A stretch of DNA of 64,000 nt. Origin: Thermoplasmata archaeon. Its GTDB lineage: Archaea > Thermoplasmatota > SW-10-69-26 > JACQPN01 > JAJPHT01. The DNA lies in contig JAXDQU010000054.1 of assembly GCA_034667685.1 (NCBI GenBank), positions 20,742 through 84,741 of the forward strand, given 5' to 3'. Position numbers and translations under genes: made by a program. A model generated the notes under the pieces. The model was not told the origin of the DNA. It saw only the letters and a list, made by a program, of their open reading frames with translations, and did no database searches. This document shows, piece after piece, positions 9,756 to 18,631 of this stretch. Numbering within the stretch: the stretch's first letter is position 1; the number at the start of each line of letters is the position of its first letter.

Positions 9756-11348
9756 TCAGAGGGGGATGTTTCCATGTTTGCGGGGCGGCCGCTCCACGTG
9801 CTTGGACGCGAGGCGGGCCAGGTGCGCCGACACGTGGGCGCGCGTCGTCGCGGGGTCGATGATGTCGTCCACGAAGCCCAGCTCGGCGGCGAACATCGGG
9901 TTGCCGAAGCGGTCGCGGTAGCCGGCCTCCAGCTCCTTGCGGAAGTCCTCGTCCGCATTCTTCAGCTCGCGGCGGTGCAGGATCTGGACCGCGCCCTGCG
10001 CGCCCAGCACGGCGATCTCCGCCTGCGGCCACGCGAGGTTGACGTCGCTGCGCAGGTGCTTGCTGCACATGACGATGTACGCGCCGCCGTAGGCCTTGCG
10101 CGTGACGACGGTGATCTTGGGGACCGTGGCCTCGCAGTAGGCGTAGAGGAGCTTCGCGCCGTGGCGGATGATGCCGCCGTGCTCCTGCTCGCGGCCCGGG
10201 AGGAAGCCCGGCACGTCCACGAGGCTGAGGAGCGGGACGTTGAACGCGTCGCAGAAGCGCACGAAGCGCGCGGCCTTCTCGGAGGCCTGCACGTCGAGGA
10301 CGCCGGCGAGGACCTTGGGCTGGTTGGCGACGATGCCCACGACGCGCCCTTCGACGCGGCCGAAGCCGACGACGACGTTGCGCGCCATCGCGGCGTGGAT
10401 CTCGAAGAACGAGTCGCGGTCCAGGATGCCGGCCATCACGTCGCGCATGTCGTAGGGCTGCGACGAGTCGGGCGGGACGACGGTGCGGAGCGCCTCGGGG
10501 TCCTGCGCGGGGATCGGCTCGTAGCGCGGCGGGTGCTCGAGGTGGTTCTGCGGCAGGTAGGAGAGGAGCGCGCGGATCTTGTCGAGCGTCTCCTCGTCCG
10601 TCTCGCCCGTGAGGTGGCAGACGCCCGAGTCGTTGGCGTGCACGTCCGCGCCGCCCAGGTCCACGTGGGTCGTCTCCTCGCCCAGGACCGTCTTCACGAC
10701 GTCCGGGCCGGTGAGGTACATGTAGCTCGTCTTGCGCGTCATCAGGACGAAGTCCGTGAGCGCGGGGCCGTAGACCGCGCCGCCGGCGCAGGGCCCGAGG
10801 ATGCCGGCGACCTGCGGGATGACGCCCGATGCGTCCACGTGCCGCTGGAAGATGTCGCCGTAGCCGCCCAGCGCCGCCACGCCTTCCTGGATGCGGGCGC
10901 CGCCACTGTCATTGAGCGCGACGAGGGGCACGCCGGTGGCGATGGCTTGCTCCATGATCTTGCAGATCTTGCGCGCCTGGGCGGACCCCAGCGAGCCGCC
11001 GGACACGGTGAAGTCCTGCGCGTAGATGCACACGGAGCGGCCGTGGATCTTGCCGTAGCCGGTGACGACGCCGTCGCCCGGGTGCGTGTCCTGCGGCAGG
11101 CCGCGGGAGAGCCCCTGGTGGACGGCGAAGGAGTCCGTCTCCATGAAGGAGCCCGGGTCCAGAAGATAGGCGATGCGCTCACGCGCCGTCATCTTCCCCT
11201 TGGCGTGCTGGGCCGCGATCTTCTCGGGGCCTCCGCCCTCCCGGCTGCGCTGGCGCGCGAGCTCGATGGGGTCCAGGGTCACGCGCCCGGCGTTGGGCGA
11301 GACGCGGACGATGGCGGGCTTCTGCGGCGCGGCCGTGGGGACGGTCAT
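9756..11348 (-). CDS. Acyl-CoA carboxylase carboxyltransferase (PccB/AccD-like beta subunit)
   Basis: QHAKGKMTARERI, GDGVVTGYG, DSGGARIQEG, GPCAGGAVY, DVPGFLPG, RKAYGGAY, RKHGNIPL; start placed at MTVPTAA. Confidence 0.93.
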   Translation of the reverse strand: MTVPTAAPQKPAIVRVSPNAGRVTLDPIELARQRSREGGGPEKIAAQHAKGKMTARERIAYLLDPGSFMETDSFAVHQGLSRGLPQDTHPGDGVVTGYGKIHGRSVCIYAQDFTVSGGSLGSAQARKICKIMEQAIATGVPLVALNDSGGARIQEGVAALGGYGDIFQRHVDASGVIPQVAGILGPCAGGAVYGPALTDFVLMTRKTSYMYLTGPDVVKTVLGEETTHVDLGGADVHANDSGVCHLTGETDEETLDKIRALLSYLPQNHLEHPPRYEPIPAQDPEALRTVVPPDSSQPYDMRDVMAGILDRDSFFEIHAAMARNVVVGFGRVEGRVVGIVANQPKVLAGVLDVQASEKAARFVRFCDAFNVPLLSLVDVPGFLPGREQEHGGIIRHGAKLLYAYCEATVPKITVVTRKAYGGAYIVMCSKHLRSDVNLAWPQAEIAVLGAQGAVQILHRRELKNADEDFRKELEAGYRDRFGNPMFAAELGFVDDIIDPATTRAHVSAHLARLASKHVERPPRKHGNIPL

Positions 11349-11509
11349 CGAGGCACCCCGCGCGGCGAGGCCGGGCTTCGGGTAAATGCCTTTTCGTCGT
11401 GACAAGGAGTGAAAACGAGTGAAGACCACAAGCGAAATCGGCGCACGCCGGAGAGGGGCACGGCGGCTTGGTGGGGGGCTGTGGGAGATACAGCCGCGCG
11501 GACGGGGCT

Positions 11510-11580
11510 CTGGGCTCAGGACTCCGGGCTCGGGGCTCTCCGGGTGCAGGGCAAGCGGAAGCCCCGAGTCCTGAGCCCAG
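11510..11580. repeat. Intergenic inverted repeat built from heptamer units
   Basis: ctgggctcaggactc (11510-11524) pairs perfectly with gagtcctgagcccag (11566-11580); tandem GGGGCTC-like heptamers at 11504-11538. Confidence 0.7.
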
Positions 11581-11640
11581 GCTGAGCGCAAGTTGATAGA
11601 AGAAAAGAAGGCCGCGCGCAGGCGGCCCCGGAGGGTGGCC

Positions 11641-12468
11641 TTACCAGGCCAGGTTCTCGGCGCGGATGCCCTGCGAGGTGAACGCCTCGGGGAGCACGCC
11701 CTCGTTGGCCCACTTGTAGAGGCCCGCGACGAGGATGCCGTCGACCGCGCTGTTGACTGCGGCCAGGACGACCCAGTAGGCGACCGCGACGGCGAAGAAG
11801 ACGATGGCGACCGCCACGAGGCCGGCGCTGAAGAGGCTCGCGCCGATCAGGATGGGGATCAGGCCCAAGAGGCCGAGGCCCATGAAGATGATCCCCGTGG
11901 TGGCGACGCCGGTGAGCGACTCGCCCCAGCTCTTCTTCATGATGCCCATGCTGCCCTTGATCGCGTCGAAGGGCCCGACGTCCTGGTAGACGAGGACGGG
12001 CACGACGAAGAACACCGCGACGTTCCAGCCGAACTCCAGGAAGGAGACGAGGATGCGCGCGATGATGTTGTCCTTCGCCTGGTCGCGCAGCATCTGGAGG
12101 ATGAGGCCGACCGTGGCCGCGATGACCGCCCACTGGAGGATGCGGCCGATGCGGCTCCAGGACTTGCGCAGGCCGTCCTTGAGCGTCGGGTCGCCGCCGT
12201 TGAAGCGGATCGTCGCCATCTCGACAGTGGCGGCGTTGAAGAAGATCACCGTCGCGTACATCGCGACGTAGAAGGCGAACAGGATGAGGTAGCCAACGAT
12301 GCCCATCTGGCCGACGTCCACGGCGAACACGAAGCCGAGGGCGACGCCGAGGATCAGCAGGTTGACGACGGCCGCGAGGAGCGGGAGGGCGATGATCTCC
12401 TTGTCAAGGCTGAGGACCTTGAAGGAGGCCTTCGTAAGGCTCCAGCCGCGGGCGATGCGTTCGAACAT
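11641..12468 (-). CDS. Multi-pass membrane protein (DUF6159-like)
   Basis: Several hydrophobic helices; FERIARGWSL and KKSWGE motifs; TATA-like TTATAT about 45 nt upstream. Confidence 0.75.
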   Translation of the reverse strand: MFERIARGWSLTKASFKVLSLDKEIIALPLLAAVVNLLILGVALGFVFAVDVGQMGIVGYLILFAFYVAMYATVIFFNAATVEMATIRFNGGDPTLKDGLRKSWSRIGRILQWAVIAATVGLILQMLRDQAKDNIIARILVSFLEFGWNVAVFFVVPVLVYQDVGPFDAIKGSMGIMKKSWGESLTGVATTGIIFMGLGLLGLIPILIGASLFSAGLVAVAIVFFAVAVAYWVVLAAVNSAVDGILVAGLYKWANEGVLPEAFTSQGIRAENLAW

Positions 12469-12783
12469 GAGGATGTGACACCTCTCAGAGGCGGCGATTC
12501 CGGGCCCGCTGATATAATCCTAGCGTGCAACCGCGCGCCCGTCGCTGTGCCGACGTCCCGAGCCCTCAGCCGGCATATCCCCAATGCTTGGCCGTCTGGT
12601 CGTCCCACGGGACGTTCTCGGGCCAGCCCTGCTTGAGGAGCGTGTCGAGCTTCGGGCGTCCGGTCGCGCAGCGCATGCGGGGCACTATCGCTTCGGAAGT
12701 CTTGACTCGTCGCTCCTACGTCGGGAAGCGCTGAGCCCTCCGAAGATCACGCGTGGGCGGATGGGCGCGCTCCGCGCGAGAGC

Positions 12784-12850
12784 ATCCCGAATCACGAAGA
12801 CCCGAATCACGGCGGGAAAAGACGTGATTCGGGTCTTCGTGATTCGGGAT
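12784..12850. repeat. Perfect 28-bp inverted repeat with an internal direct repeat
   Basis: atcccgaatcacgaagacccgaatcacg (12784-12811) and its exact reverse complement (12823-12850); 11-nt loop. Confidence 0.9.
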
Positions 12851-12897
12851 ACCTCCGCCGGAGGCGGCGCAGGCCGCCATGACGATGCGCCGAACTG

Positions 12898-13812
12898 TCA
12901 GCCCACGCGCATGAAGCGCCCGTCCTGCCGCGCCATCGCGAAGTCCTTCTCCAGGAGACGCGCGAGGTGCTTCTCCACCATGACGCGCTCGTGGTAGCGC
13001 GCGAGCGGCGTCGTGGGCTTGCCCATGCAGATGCCCAGGTCCGCCAGCTCGTCGAGACTGCGCGGGTGCTCCAGCGCGGCCAGCACGCGCCGGTCGCGCT
13101 CGCGGATCGCCTCGGCCATCCCGCGGAAGAGCGGCTTGATGCCGCGCTTGCGGGGCTCGGCGTGGCTCGAGACGAGGATCGCCACCGGCACGTCGGCCAG
13201 CATGCTCGCGGTGCGCTCCAGGTCGGAGGGATCGCTGGCCGGGTAGCCGTACCAGGGCTGGTCGTCGGCGCCGACGTCGGCCGCGAAGAGGATGTGGCGC
13301 TCCGCGTCGAGGAGCGCGATCATGCCGGCGCTGTGGCCCGGCGCGTGGAGGAGCTGCCACTCGCTCTTGTCGAGCTTGATGAGGCCGCCGGGGCGAAGCT
13401 CGCGCGCGACGTGCGCGGCCTCGTAGCCCCCCTTGCGGATGGCGCTCGCCACCGTGTCACGGTCGCGGCGGCTCACCTCGTAGGTCTGCAGGTAGTCCTC
13501 GGGCCCGAGCATCGCGCGCGCCTCGGCCTTCGGCGCCCACACCTCGCGGAAGTCTCGCGCGCCGTGGCTGTGGGCGACGTGGCAGTGGGTGAGCACGCAG
13601 AGGTCGACGTGCGGCGCGAGCTTGCGGCGCAGCGCCGGGGGCAGGCCCGCGTCCACGAGCACGACCTCGTTCCCTTCGTCGAGGACGAGGGCGTTCGCGC
13701 CCGCGTGGTCAGGCGGGCAGGCGACCAGCCCGACGCCCGGCGCGACCCACGCAAGGGTCTTGGCGAGGTCGGGCGGAAGCGGCACGCGCCGCGCAGCCGC
13801 ACCCCCCGGCAA
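12898..13812 (-). CDS. MBL-fold metallo-hydrolase with C-terminal winged helix
   Basis: LVDAG, THCHVAHSHG (HxHxDH variant), HAPGHSAG, LFAAD, SSH; true start may be GTG 13785. Confidence 0.8.
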   Translation of the reverse strand: MPGGAAARRVPLPPDLAKTLAWVAPGVGLVACPPDHAGANALVLDEGNEVVLVDAGLPPALRRKLAPHVDLCVLTHCHVAHSHGARDFREVWAPKAEARAMLGPEDYLQTYEVSRRDRDTVASAIRKGGYEAAHVARELRPGGLIKLDKSEWQLLHAPGHSAGMIALLDAERHILFAADVGADDQPWYGYPASDPSDLERTASMLADVPVAILVSSHAEPRKRGIKPLFRGMAEAIRERDRRVLAALEHPRSLDELADLGICMGKPTTPLARYHERVMVEKHLARLLEKDFAMARQDGRFMRVG

Positions 13813-13824
13813 AAACCATCTTCT

Positions 13825-13920
13825 TCAGCCCGCGTGGGCCAGGAGCTTGACGACGTCGAGGGTGCAGAGGTGGACGGCGTCCTTGGGGCGCGCCATGCCG
13901 CACAGGCAGCAGAAGTCCAT
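13825..13920 (-). CDS. Putative 31-aa Cys/His (zinc-binding) microprotein
   Basis: MDFCCLCGMARPKDAVHLCTLDVVKLLAHAG; host-like codons; TATA-like ACTTA about 25 nt upstream. Confidence 0.45.
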   Translation of the reverse strand: MDFCCLCGMARPKDAVHLCTLDVVKLLAHAG

Positions 13921-13994
13921 GCTGGTCTGTCCCCCGCGCGGGGTAAGTACGGCCCGCGCCCACCCCCGGTGGTTCTCGACGAACGGCGAACGCC

Positions 13995-15107
13995 CTACCA
14001 CGAGTATTGGCGCGAGACGCCCAGCGCGTGGACGATGGTGCGCACGTCGCCCATCTTGCCCAGGTTGAACAACACCGTCTTGGCGAGCGTGCCCAGGTAC
14101 GCGCGCTCGGTCGACACGCCGGGCCGCACGTCGAGGAGCCGGGGCGCGAAGCGCGTCAGCCGCGCGATGTCCTCGTTGCTCCAGCGGCGCAGCGCCTCCA
14201 GCGCGGGGCGGAACGACGGGTCGCAGAGCGGATGCGCCGCGATGCGCGCGCCGTATTCCTGCGGCTTGCCCTCGGCGAGGCAGCCGGCCAGCACCTCCGC
14301 CGCGTGGATCACGGCCGCCATGCCGCCCTTCGTGATCGGGTTCGTGAGCCCCGCGGCGTCGCCCACGAGGACGACGTTGTCCTGCTGCACCTTGTCGCCG
14401 AAGAAACCGATCGGGTACGCCTCGCGCTTGCGCACCTTGCCGGCGACGCCCTGGTCCGCCATGAAGCGGTCGAGGCGCTCCCAGTCGTGGCCGTCGCCCG
14501 CGGCGAGGAGCCCCACGTTCCACAGGTCGCCGCGCGGGAAGATCCACGCGTACTCGGGCGAGTAGCGCTTGTCCGTGTAGAAGAGAAGCCGCTCGGGCGA
14601 GGCCGCCACGGGCTCGACGCGGTACTGGATGCCCAGCATCGTCTCGTGGTGGCCGCCCACCACCTTGCGCACGACGCTGCCCGGCCCGTCCGCGCCGATG
14701 ACGAGGTCCGCCTCGCGCGCCATCTGCCGCACGTCGGCCTCCGTGATCTTGCGCCCGGTGAGATAGCTCGCGCCCAGCGCCTCGCACTCGGCGGCCATCG
14801 CGGGGATCCACCGCTCGCGCGCCATCGTGTGCCCGCGCTGGTGCACGCGCGCCTCCACGCCTTCGGGGAAGAACCACGACACGCCCTCGAACGTCTGCGC
14901 GATGTAAGGCGTCGAGTCGAAGGCGCTGAAGCGCCGCAGCGTGTCGTCGCTCAACCCCTCGCCGCAGAGCGTGGTGTGCGCGGCGCCCTCGCGCTCGTAG
15001 ATCGTGACGTTGGCGTCCACGGGCCGCTTGCCGTTGAGCAGCGTGAGCGCCGTGACCACGCCCGCGAAGCCGCCCCCGACGATGCGGATGTCGAGGGAGC
15101 GCGGCAT
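13995..15107 (-). CDS. Geranylgeranyl reductase-family FAD-dependent oxidoreductase
   Basis: IVGGGFAG dinucleotide-binding motif, LCGEGLS, IGADG, YAWIFP..NVG, GDAAGLTNPITKGGM. Confidence 0.85.
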   Translation of the reverse strand: MPRSLDIRIVGGGFAGVVTALTLLNGKRPVDANVTIYEREGAAHTTLCGEGLSDDTLRRFSAFDSTPYIAQTFEGVSWFFPEGVEARVHQRGHTMARERWIPAMAAECEALGASYLTGRKITEADVRQMAREADLVIGADGPGSVVRKVVGGHHETMLGIQYRVEPVAASPERLLFYTDKRYSPEYAWIFPRGDLWNVGLLAAGDGHDWERLDRFMADQGVAGKVRKREAYPIGFFGDKVQQDNVVLVGDAAGLTNPITKGGMAAVIHAAEVLAGCLAEGKPQEYGARIAAHPLCDPSFRPALEALRRWSNEDIARLTRFAPRLLDVRPGVSTERAYLGTLAKTVLFNLGKMGDVRTIVHALGVSRQYSW

Positions 15108-15154
15108 CAGCGCGCGCAGGCCTGCGCTCCCCCAAAAGTGTTGGTCTTGGTGGC

Positions 15155-15223
15155 GCTCCTTTCCCAACACCGCGAATCCCGGAATCCGCGGATGTCTCGG
15201 ATGCGCGGTGTTGGGAAGGGAGC
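15155..15223. repeat. Intergenic inverted repeat (20-bp arms, one G-T mismatch)
   Basis: gctcctttcccaacaccgcg (15155-15174) vs cgcggtgttgggaagggagc (15204-15223). Confidence 0.75.
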
Positions 15224-15296
15224 CCCAGCAAGACTGCAATTCGAAAGCGGAGCCCTCAAATCCGCGGACCCCGCCTCGAGCCCCGAGGATGCACCC

Positions 15297-15713
15297 ATGA
15301 GCGGAGACGCCCGCCCGATCTGCCCCCAATGCGGGGCTCCCCTGTTCCAACGCGCGCACGGCGACCAGACCTGCGTGCAGCACGGCCACTGGATCCCGAG
15401 TGAAGTGCTGGACGCCACGTTCGACGCCAACGCCAGCGCCACGGTCCGCGCCGCCATCGCGCGCACGCCGCTCACGCCGCGCAAGTGCCCGGACGACCGC
15501 TACGAGATGAGCCACCTCTCGAACGCCAGCGGCACGGTGCAGGCCGACGCGTGCGGCCGGTGCGGCGGCGTCTGGGTCGCGCTCTCCCTCGTCGAGCAGC
15601 TCAAGGCCACCACGCCCGTGAACGCGGGGACCGACGCCGAGGCGCGCTCCCTGTTGGCGCTCGCGGCGGCGCGCTCCCTGTGCGCTCCCGCCGTGCCCGC
15701 GCGGCGACGCTAG
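15297..15713 (+). CDS. Double zinc-ribbon (zf-TFIIB-like) protein
   Basis: CPQC...CVQHGHW and CPDD...DACGRCGGVW. Confidence 0.7.
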   Translation: MSGDARPICPQCGAPLFQRAHGDQTCVQHGHWIPSEVLDATFDANASATVRAAIARTPLTPRKCPDDRYEMSHLSNASGTVQADACGRCGGVWVALSLVEQLKATTPVNAGTDAEARSLLALAAARSLCAPAVPARRR

Positions 15714-16405
15714 GGGCCCTTCCGGAACAGCAGCAGCGTCTTCCCGCAGCGCACCAGGCCGCCGTTGGCCAGCGGGCGCACGACGCCACGCTCCAGCCGC
15801 TTCCAGTCGAGGTACGTCCCGTTGCTGCTGTGGAGGTCCGCCAGCTCGAAGCCGCCTCCGGACGCGCGGCGCAGCTCGGCATGCCGGGTGCTGACGAACG
15901 GATCGTAGTCGAGGCACACCAGCGCGTGCGGGTCGCGCCCCACCAGCCACGGGCCGCCGCCTGATAGCACGGCGGTCTGGCCGATGCGCAGGCCGTGCAC
16001 GATGGTCAGGCGCGGAAGCTCCTGCTCCTGCGGCGTCGTGGACGGCGCGGCGTCCGCGGCCACGGTCGCCATGCGCATCTCGACGTCCTCCTCCAGCTCC
16101 GCCTGCAGATCGCCCAGCCGGCCCAGCATCTCGTGGACCGCGAAGAGGCGCTGCGGCGCGAGCACGTAGTCGCGCACCGCGCCGTGCTGGCCGCGTCCGG
16201 GCACGCTCTGCAGGAACCCCAGCTCCACGAGCTGCTGCACGTGCTCCTGCGCGGTCTGGCGCGCGACGCCCAGGTGGCCCGCGATCTCCTCCAGGTGGTG
16301 CGGCCGCGTCAGGAAGCGCAGCGTCTGCAGCCGGCGCGGGTGGCCGAGCGCCTTGAGGTACTCCGCGAGCGAGTCGATCGCGAGGTCCTCGCCGGCCGCG
16401 CTCAT
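15710..16405 (-). CDS. ArsR-type HTH plus FHA domain transcription regulator
   Basis: N-terminal LKALGHPRRLQTL...EEIAGHLGVARQTAQEHVQQL; C-terminal FHA motifs VGRD, VSTRHA, DLHSSNGT; ATGA overlap with the kinase stop. Confidence 0.85.
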   Translation of the reverse strand: MSAAGEDLAIDSLAEYLKALGHPRRLQTLRFLTRPHHLEEIAGHLGVARQTAQEHVQQLVELGFLQSVPGRGQHGAVRDYVLAPQRLFAVHEMLGRLGDLQAELEEDVEMRMATVAADAAPSTTPQEQELPRLTIVHGLRIGQTAVLSGGGPWLVGRDPHALVCLDYDPFVSTRHAELRRASGGGFELADLHSSNGTYLDWKRLERGVVRPLANGGLVRCGKTLLLFRKGP

Positions 16406-18375
16406 GCCGGCACCTCCGGGCCCGACGCGGCAGGCGCGAGCGGCTCGCGCAGGCGCACCAGGCCCGCCAGGGCGCGGCGCATCTCGCCGGCCGATTGATA
16501 GCGTTGGGACGGGTCCTTGGCGAGGCCGACGCGCAGGAAGGGCTCGACGTCCTCGAGGTCGGCGGGCATGGCGATCTCGGGATCGCCCTGCAGGATCATG
16601 GCGCGGATCTGGAAATCGTCGCGCCCGGCGATCCGCAGGTAGTGGCGGCGGGTGAGCATCTGGTGGAAGAGCGCCGCTGCGGCGTAGAGGTCGCTCCTCG
16701 CGTCGGCGTGCGCGCCGCGGACCTGCTCGGGGCTCATGGAGAGGAGCGTCCCCGCGCCGCCGCCCGTGAGGCCCGTCGCGTCGAGGCGCATCGCGCGCGC
16801 GATGCCGAAGTCCGCGAGCTTCGGCTCGCCCTGCTCGCCCAGGAGCACGTTCTCGGGCTTCACGTCGAGGTGCACGACGCCCGCGGCGTGGCACGCGGCG
16901 AGCCCGTCGAGGACGCCGGCCATGATGCGCGCGGCCTCCTCGCGGGGGAGCGGCGCGCGGCGGCGCAGGAGCCCTTGCAGGTTCCCGCCCGGCGCGTAGT
17001 CCATCACGAGCACGCCCTGGTCGCCCTCCTCGCCGGCGTCGAGCGCGCGGACGACGTTGGGGTGCGCGACCTTGCGCAGCATGGCGGCCTCCTCGGCCGC
17101 GAGGCTCGGCGCCATCGTCTTGAGCGCCACCTGCTCGCCGGTGCGCAGGTCGCGCGCGAGATGCGTGCGCCCGTGCGCGCCCTCGCCCAGGAGCCGGTCG
17201 ATCCGATAGCGGCCCAGGATCGTGCGCGGCGTCGTGGTGCCCCCGCGGGTCGCGGTCGCGGCGGAGGCGAGCAGCGCGGCGTGCTCCTCGGCGCTGATGC
17301 CGAAGCCGCGGCGCAGGCGCTGCAGCTCGGGCGCCTCGGCGCCCAGGCCGGAAGCGAGCGCCGCCTCCAGGCCGGCGCGGTAGACCTCGAGCTTGCGGGC
17401 GCGCGCGTAGCCTTCCTCGCCGGTGGGCGCGCGCACCACGAGCCGGCCCAGGTCGCGCCGCGCCGCGTAGGCCATCATCGCGACGCCGGCGCCCACCGCG
17501 GCGGGCCACCAGGCGCGCGCCGCGAGGCTGGCGATGATGCCGTAGCCCAACGCGAGGAGCGCGACGGTCGGCCCCACGAGCCGCTTGAGGCGCACCTCCA
17601 CGTCGAAGAGGTGGCGCCGCGCGATGGCATAGGCGAGGAGGAGCGCCGTCCCCAGCCGCGCCGCGCCCGAGAGGCCGAACTCGCTCGCGCTGTCGGTGAG
17701 CGCGGTGACGAGGCCGAGGAGCGTGGGCGCCACCAGCACCGCGAGGAGGAGCGGGTCGCGTCCCTCGGGCCGCGGCGGGCGCAGGAGCGCGTGCGCGAAG
17801 ATCCCGACGACGGCGCCCAGGGGCACGACGAACTCGACGACGCGGACCCCGCCCTGGCCCAGGTAGGTGAACGAGCCCAGCGCGCCGACGTACGCGGGGA
17901 AGAGCACGAGCGCCACGAGAAGGTCGCGGTAACGGCGCCGCTGCGAGCCGGGCTCCGCCCGCTGGTGCTGGCCGTAGACGACGAAGATCGCGGCGCCGAA
18001 CGCCGCGAAGTACGTGCTGCCGGCGATGCTGAACGTCTCGGGGAGGGAGCTTCCCGTCGCGGCGCTCGCGGCGAGGGTCAGCGCGAGGTAGCCGGCGTAC
18101 GCGGCGAGCCAGGGCCAGAGGCGCGCGTGCCGGCTCGACCGCACGGCGAAGGCGAGCACGAGCACGCCGGCCGCGATGAACAGGACCGCGCTGCCCAGCG
18201 AAGCCCGGATCGGATCGTCCGCGAGGTTCGCGACGAGGGCGCCGCCCGCCCACGCGACGAGGAAGGCGCCCAGGAGGCGCGTGTCGGGACGCCGGCCCGG
18301 CAGCGCGAGGAGGGCGACGCCCAGGAGGACCAGGGGCACGCTGCCTAAGAGCAGGAGCGCAAAGCCCGGTTCCAT
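16402..18375 (-). CDS. Membrane-integral Hanks-type Ser/Thr protein kinase
   Basis: Multi-TM N-terminal half; GEGAHG, VALK, HLDVKPEN, DFG, MSPE, SDLYA. Confidence 0.92.
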   Translation of the reverse strand: MEPGFALLLLGSVPLVLLGVALLALPGRRPDTRLLGAFLVAWAGGALVANLADDPIRASLGSAVLFIAAGVLVLAFAVRSSRHARLWPWLAAYAGYLALTLAASAATGSSLPETFSIAGSTYFAAFGAAIFVVYGQHQRAEPGSQRRRYRDLLVALVLFPAYVGALGSFTYLGQGGVRVVEFVVPLGAVVGIFAHALLRPPRPEGRDPLLLAVLVAPTLLGLVTALTDSASEFGLSGAARLGTALLLAYAIARRHLFDVEVRLKRLVGPTVALLALGYGIIASLAARAWWPAAVGAGVAMMAYAARRDLGRLVVRAPTGEEGYARARKLEVYRAGLEAALASGLGAEAPELQRLRRGFGISAEEHAALLASAATATRGGTTTPRTILGRYRIDRLLGEGAHGRTHLARDLRTGEQVALKTMAPSLAAEEAAMLRKVAHPNVVRALDAGEEGDQGVLVMDYAPGGNLQGLLRRRAPLPREEAARIMAGVLDGLAACHAAGVVHLDVKPENVLLGEQGEPKLADFGIARAMRLDATGLTGGGAGTLLSMSPEQVRGAHADARSDLYAAAALFHQMLTRRHYLRIAGRDDFQIRAMILQGDPEIAMPADLEDVEPFLRVGLAKDPSQRYQSAGEMRRALAGLVRLREPLAPAASGPEVPA

Positions 18376-18491
18376 GGCTCCGACGAGACGCTGTGGGCTC
18401 TTGAAGCGAGCGCCCGCCGCGCAGGGAAATCCCTGCGGCCGCCGTCCCGCGGCGGGCCAAGGAGATGCCCCCGCGCCGCGTCCCTCAGCGC

Positions 18492-18584
18492 ATGGACCCG
18501 ACCACGACCTACGCCTTCGGCGCCGCCGGCCTGCTGCTCCTCCTCGCGATCCTCGAGCGCCTCACCTCGGACCGCGCGGACTGA
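18492..18584 (+). CDS. Putative 30-aa single-TM microprotein
   Basis: MDPTTTYAFGAAGLLLLLAILERLTSDRAD; host-like codon usage; intergenic. Confidence 0.45.
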   Translation: MDPTTTYAFGAAGLLLLLAILERLTSDRAD

Positions 18585-18631
18585 TCGCCAACCCGGAAAG
18601 TCCATGAGCGGAGCCCCCGCTCGCCGGCTCC

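Noticed and set aside
8775-11402. 875-aa plus-strand ORF
   Set aside because: Antisense to fabI and the carboxyltransferase
12566-12676. 36-aa minus-strand ORF MRCATGRPKLDTLLKQGWPENVPWDDQTAKHWGYAG
   Set aside because: Host-like codons but no RBS or recognisable motif; may be a gene remnant, too weak to call
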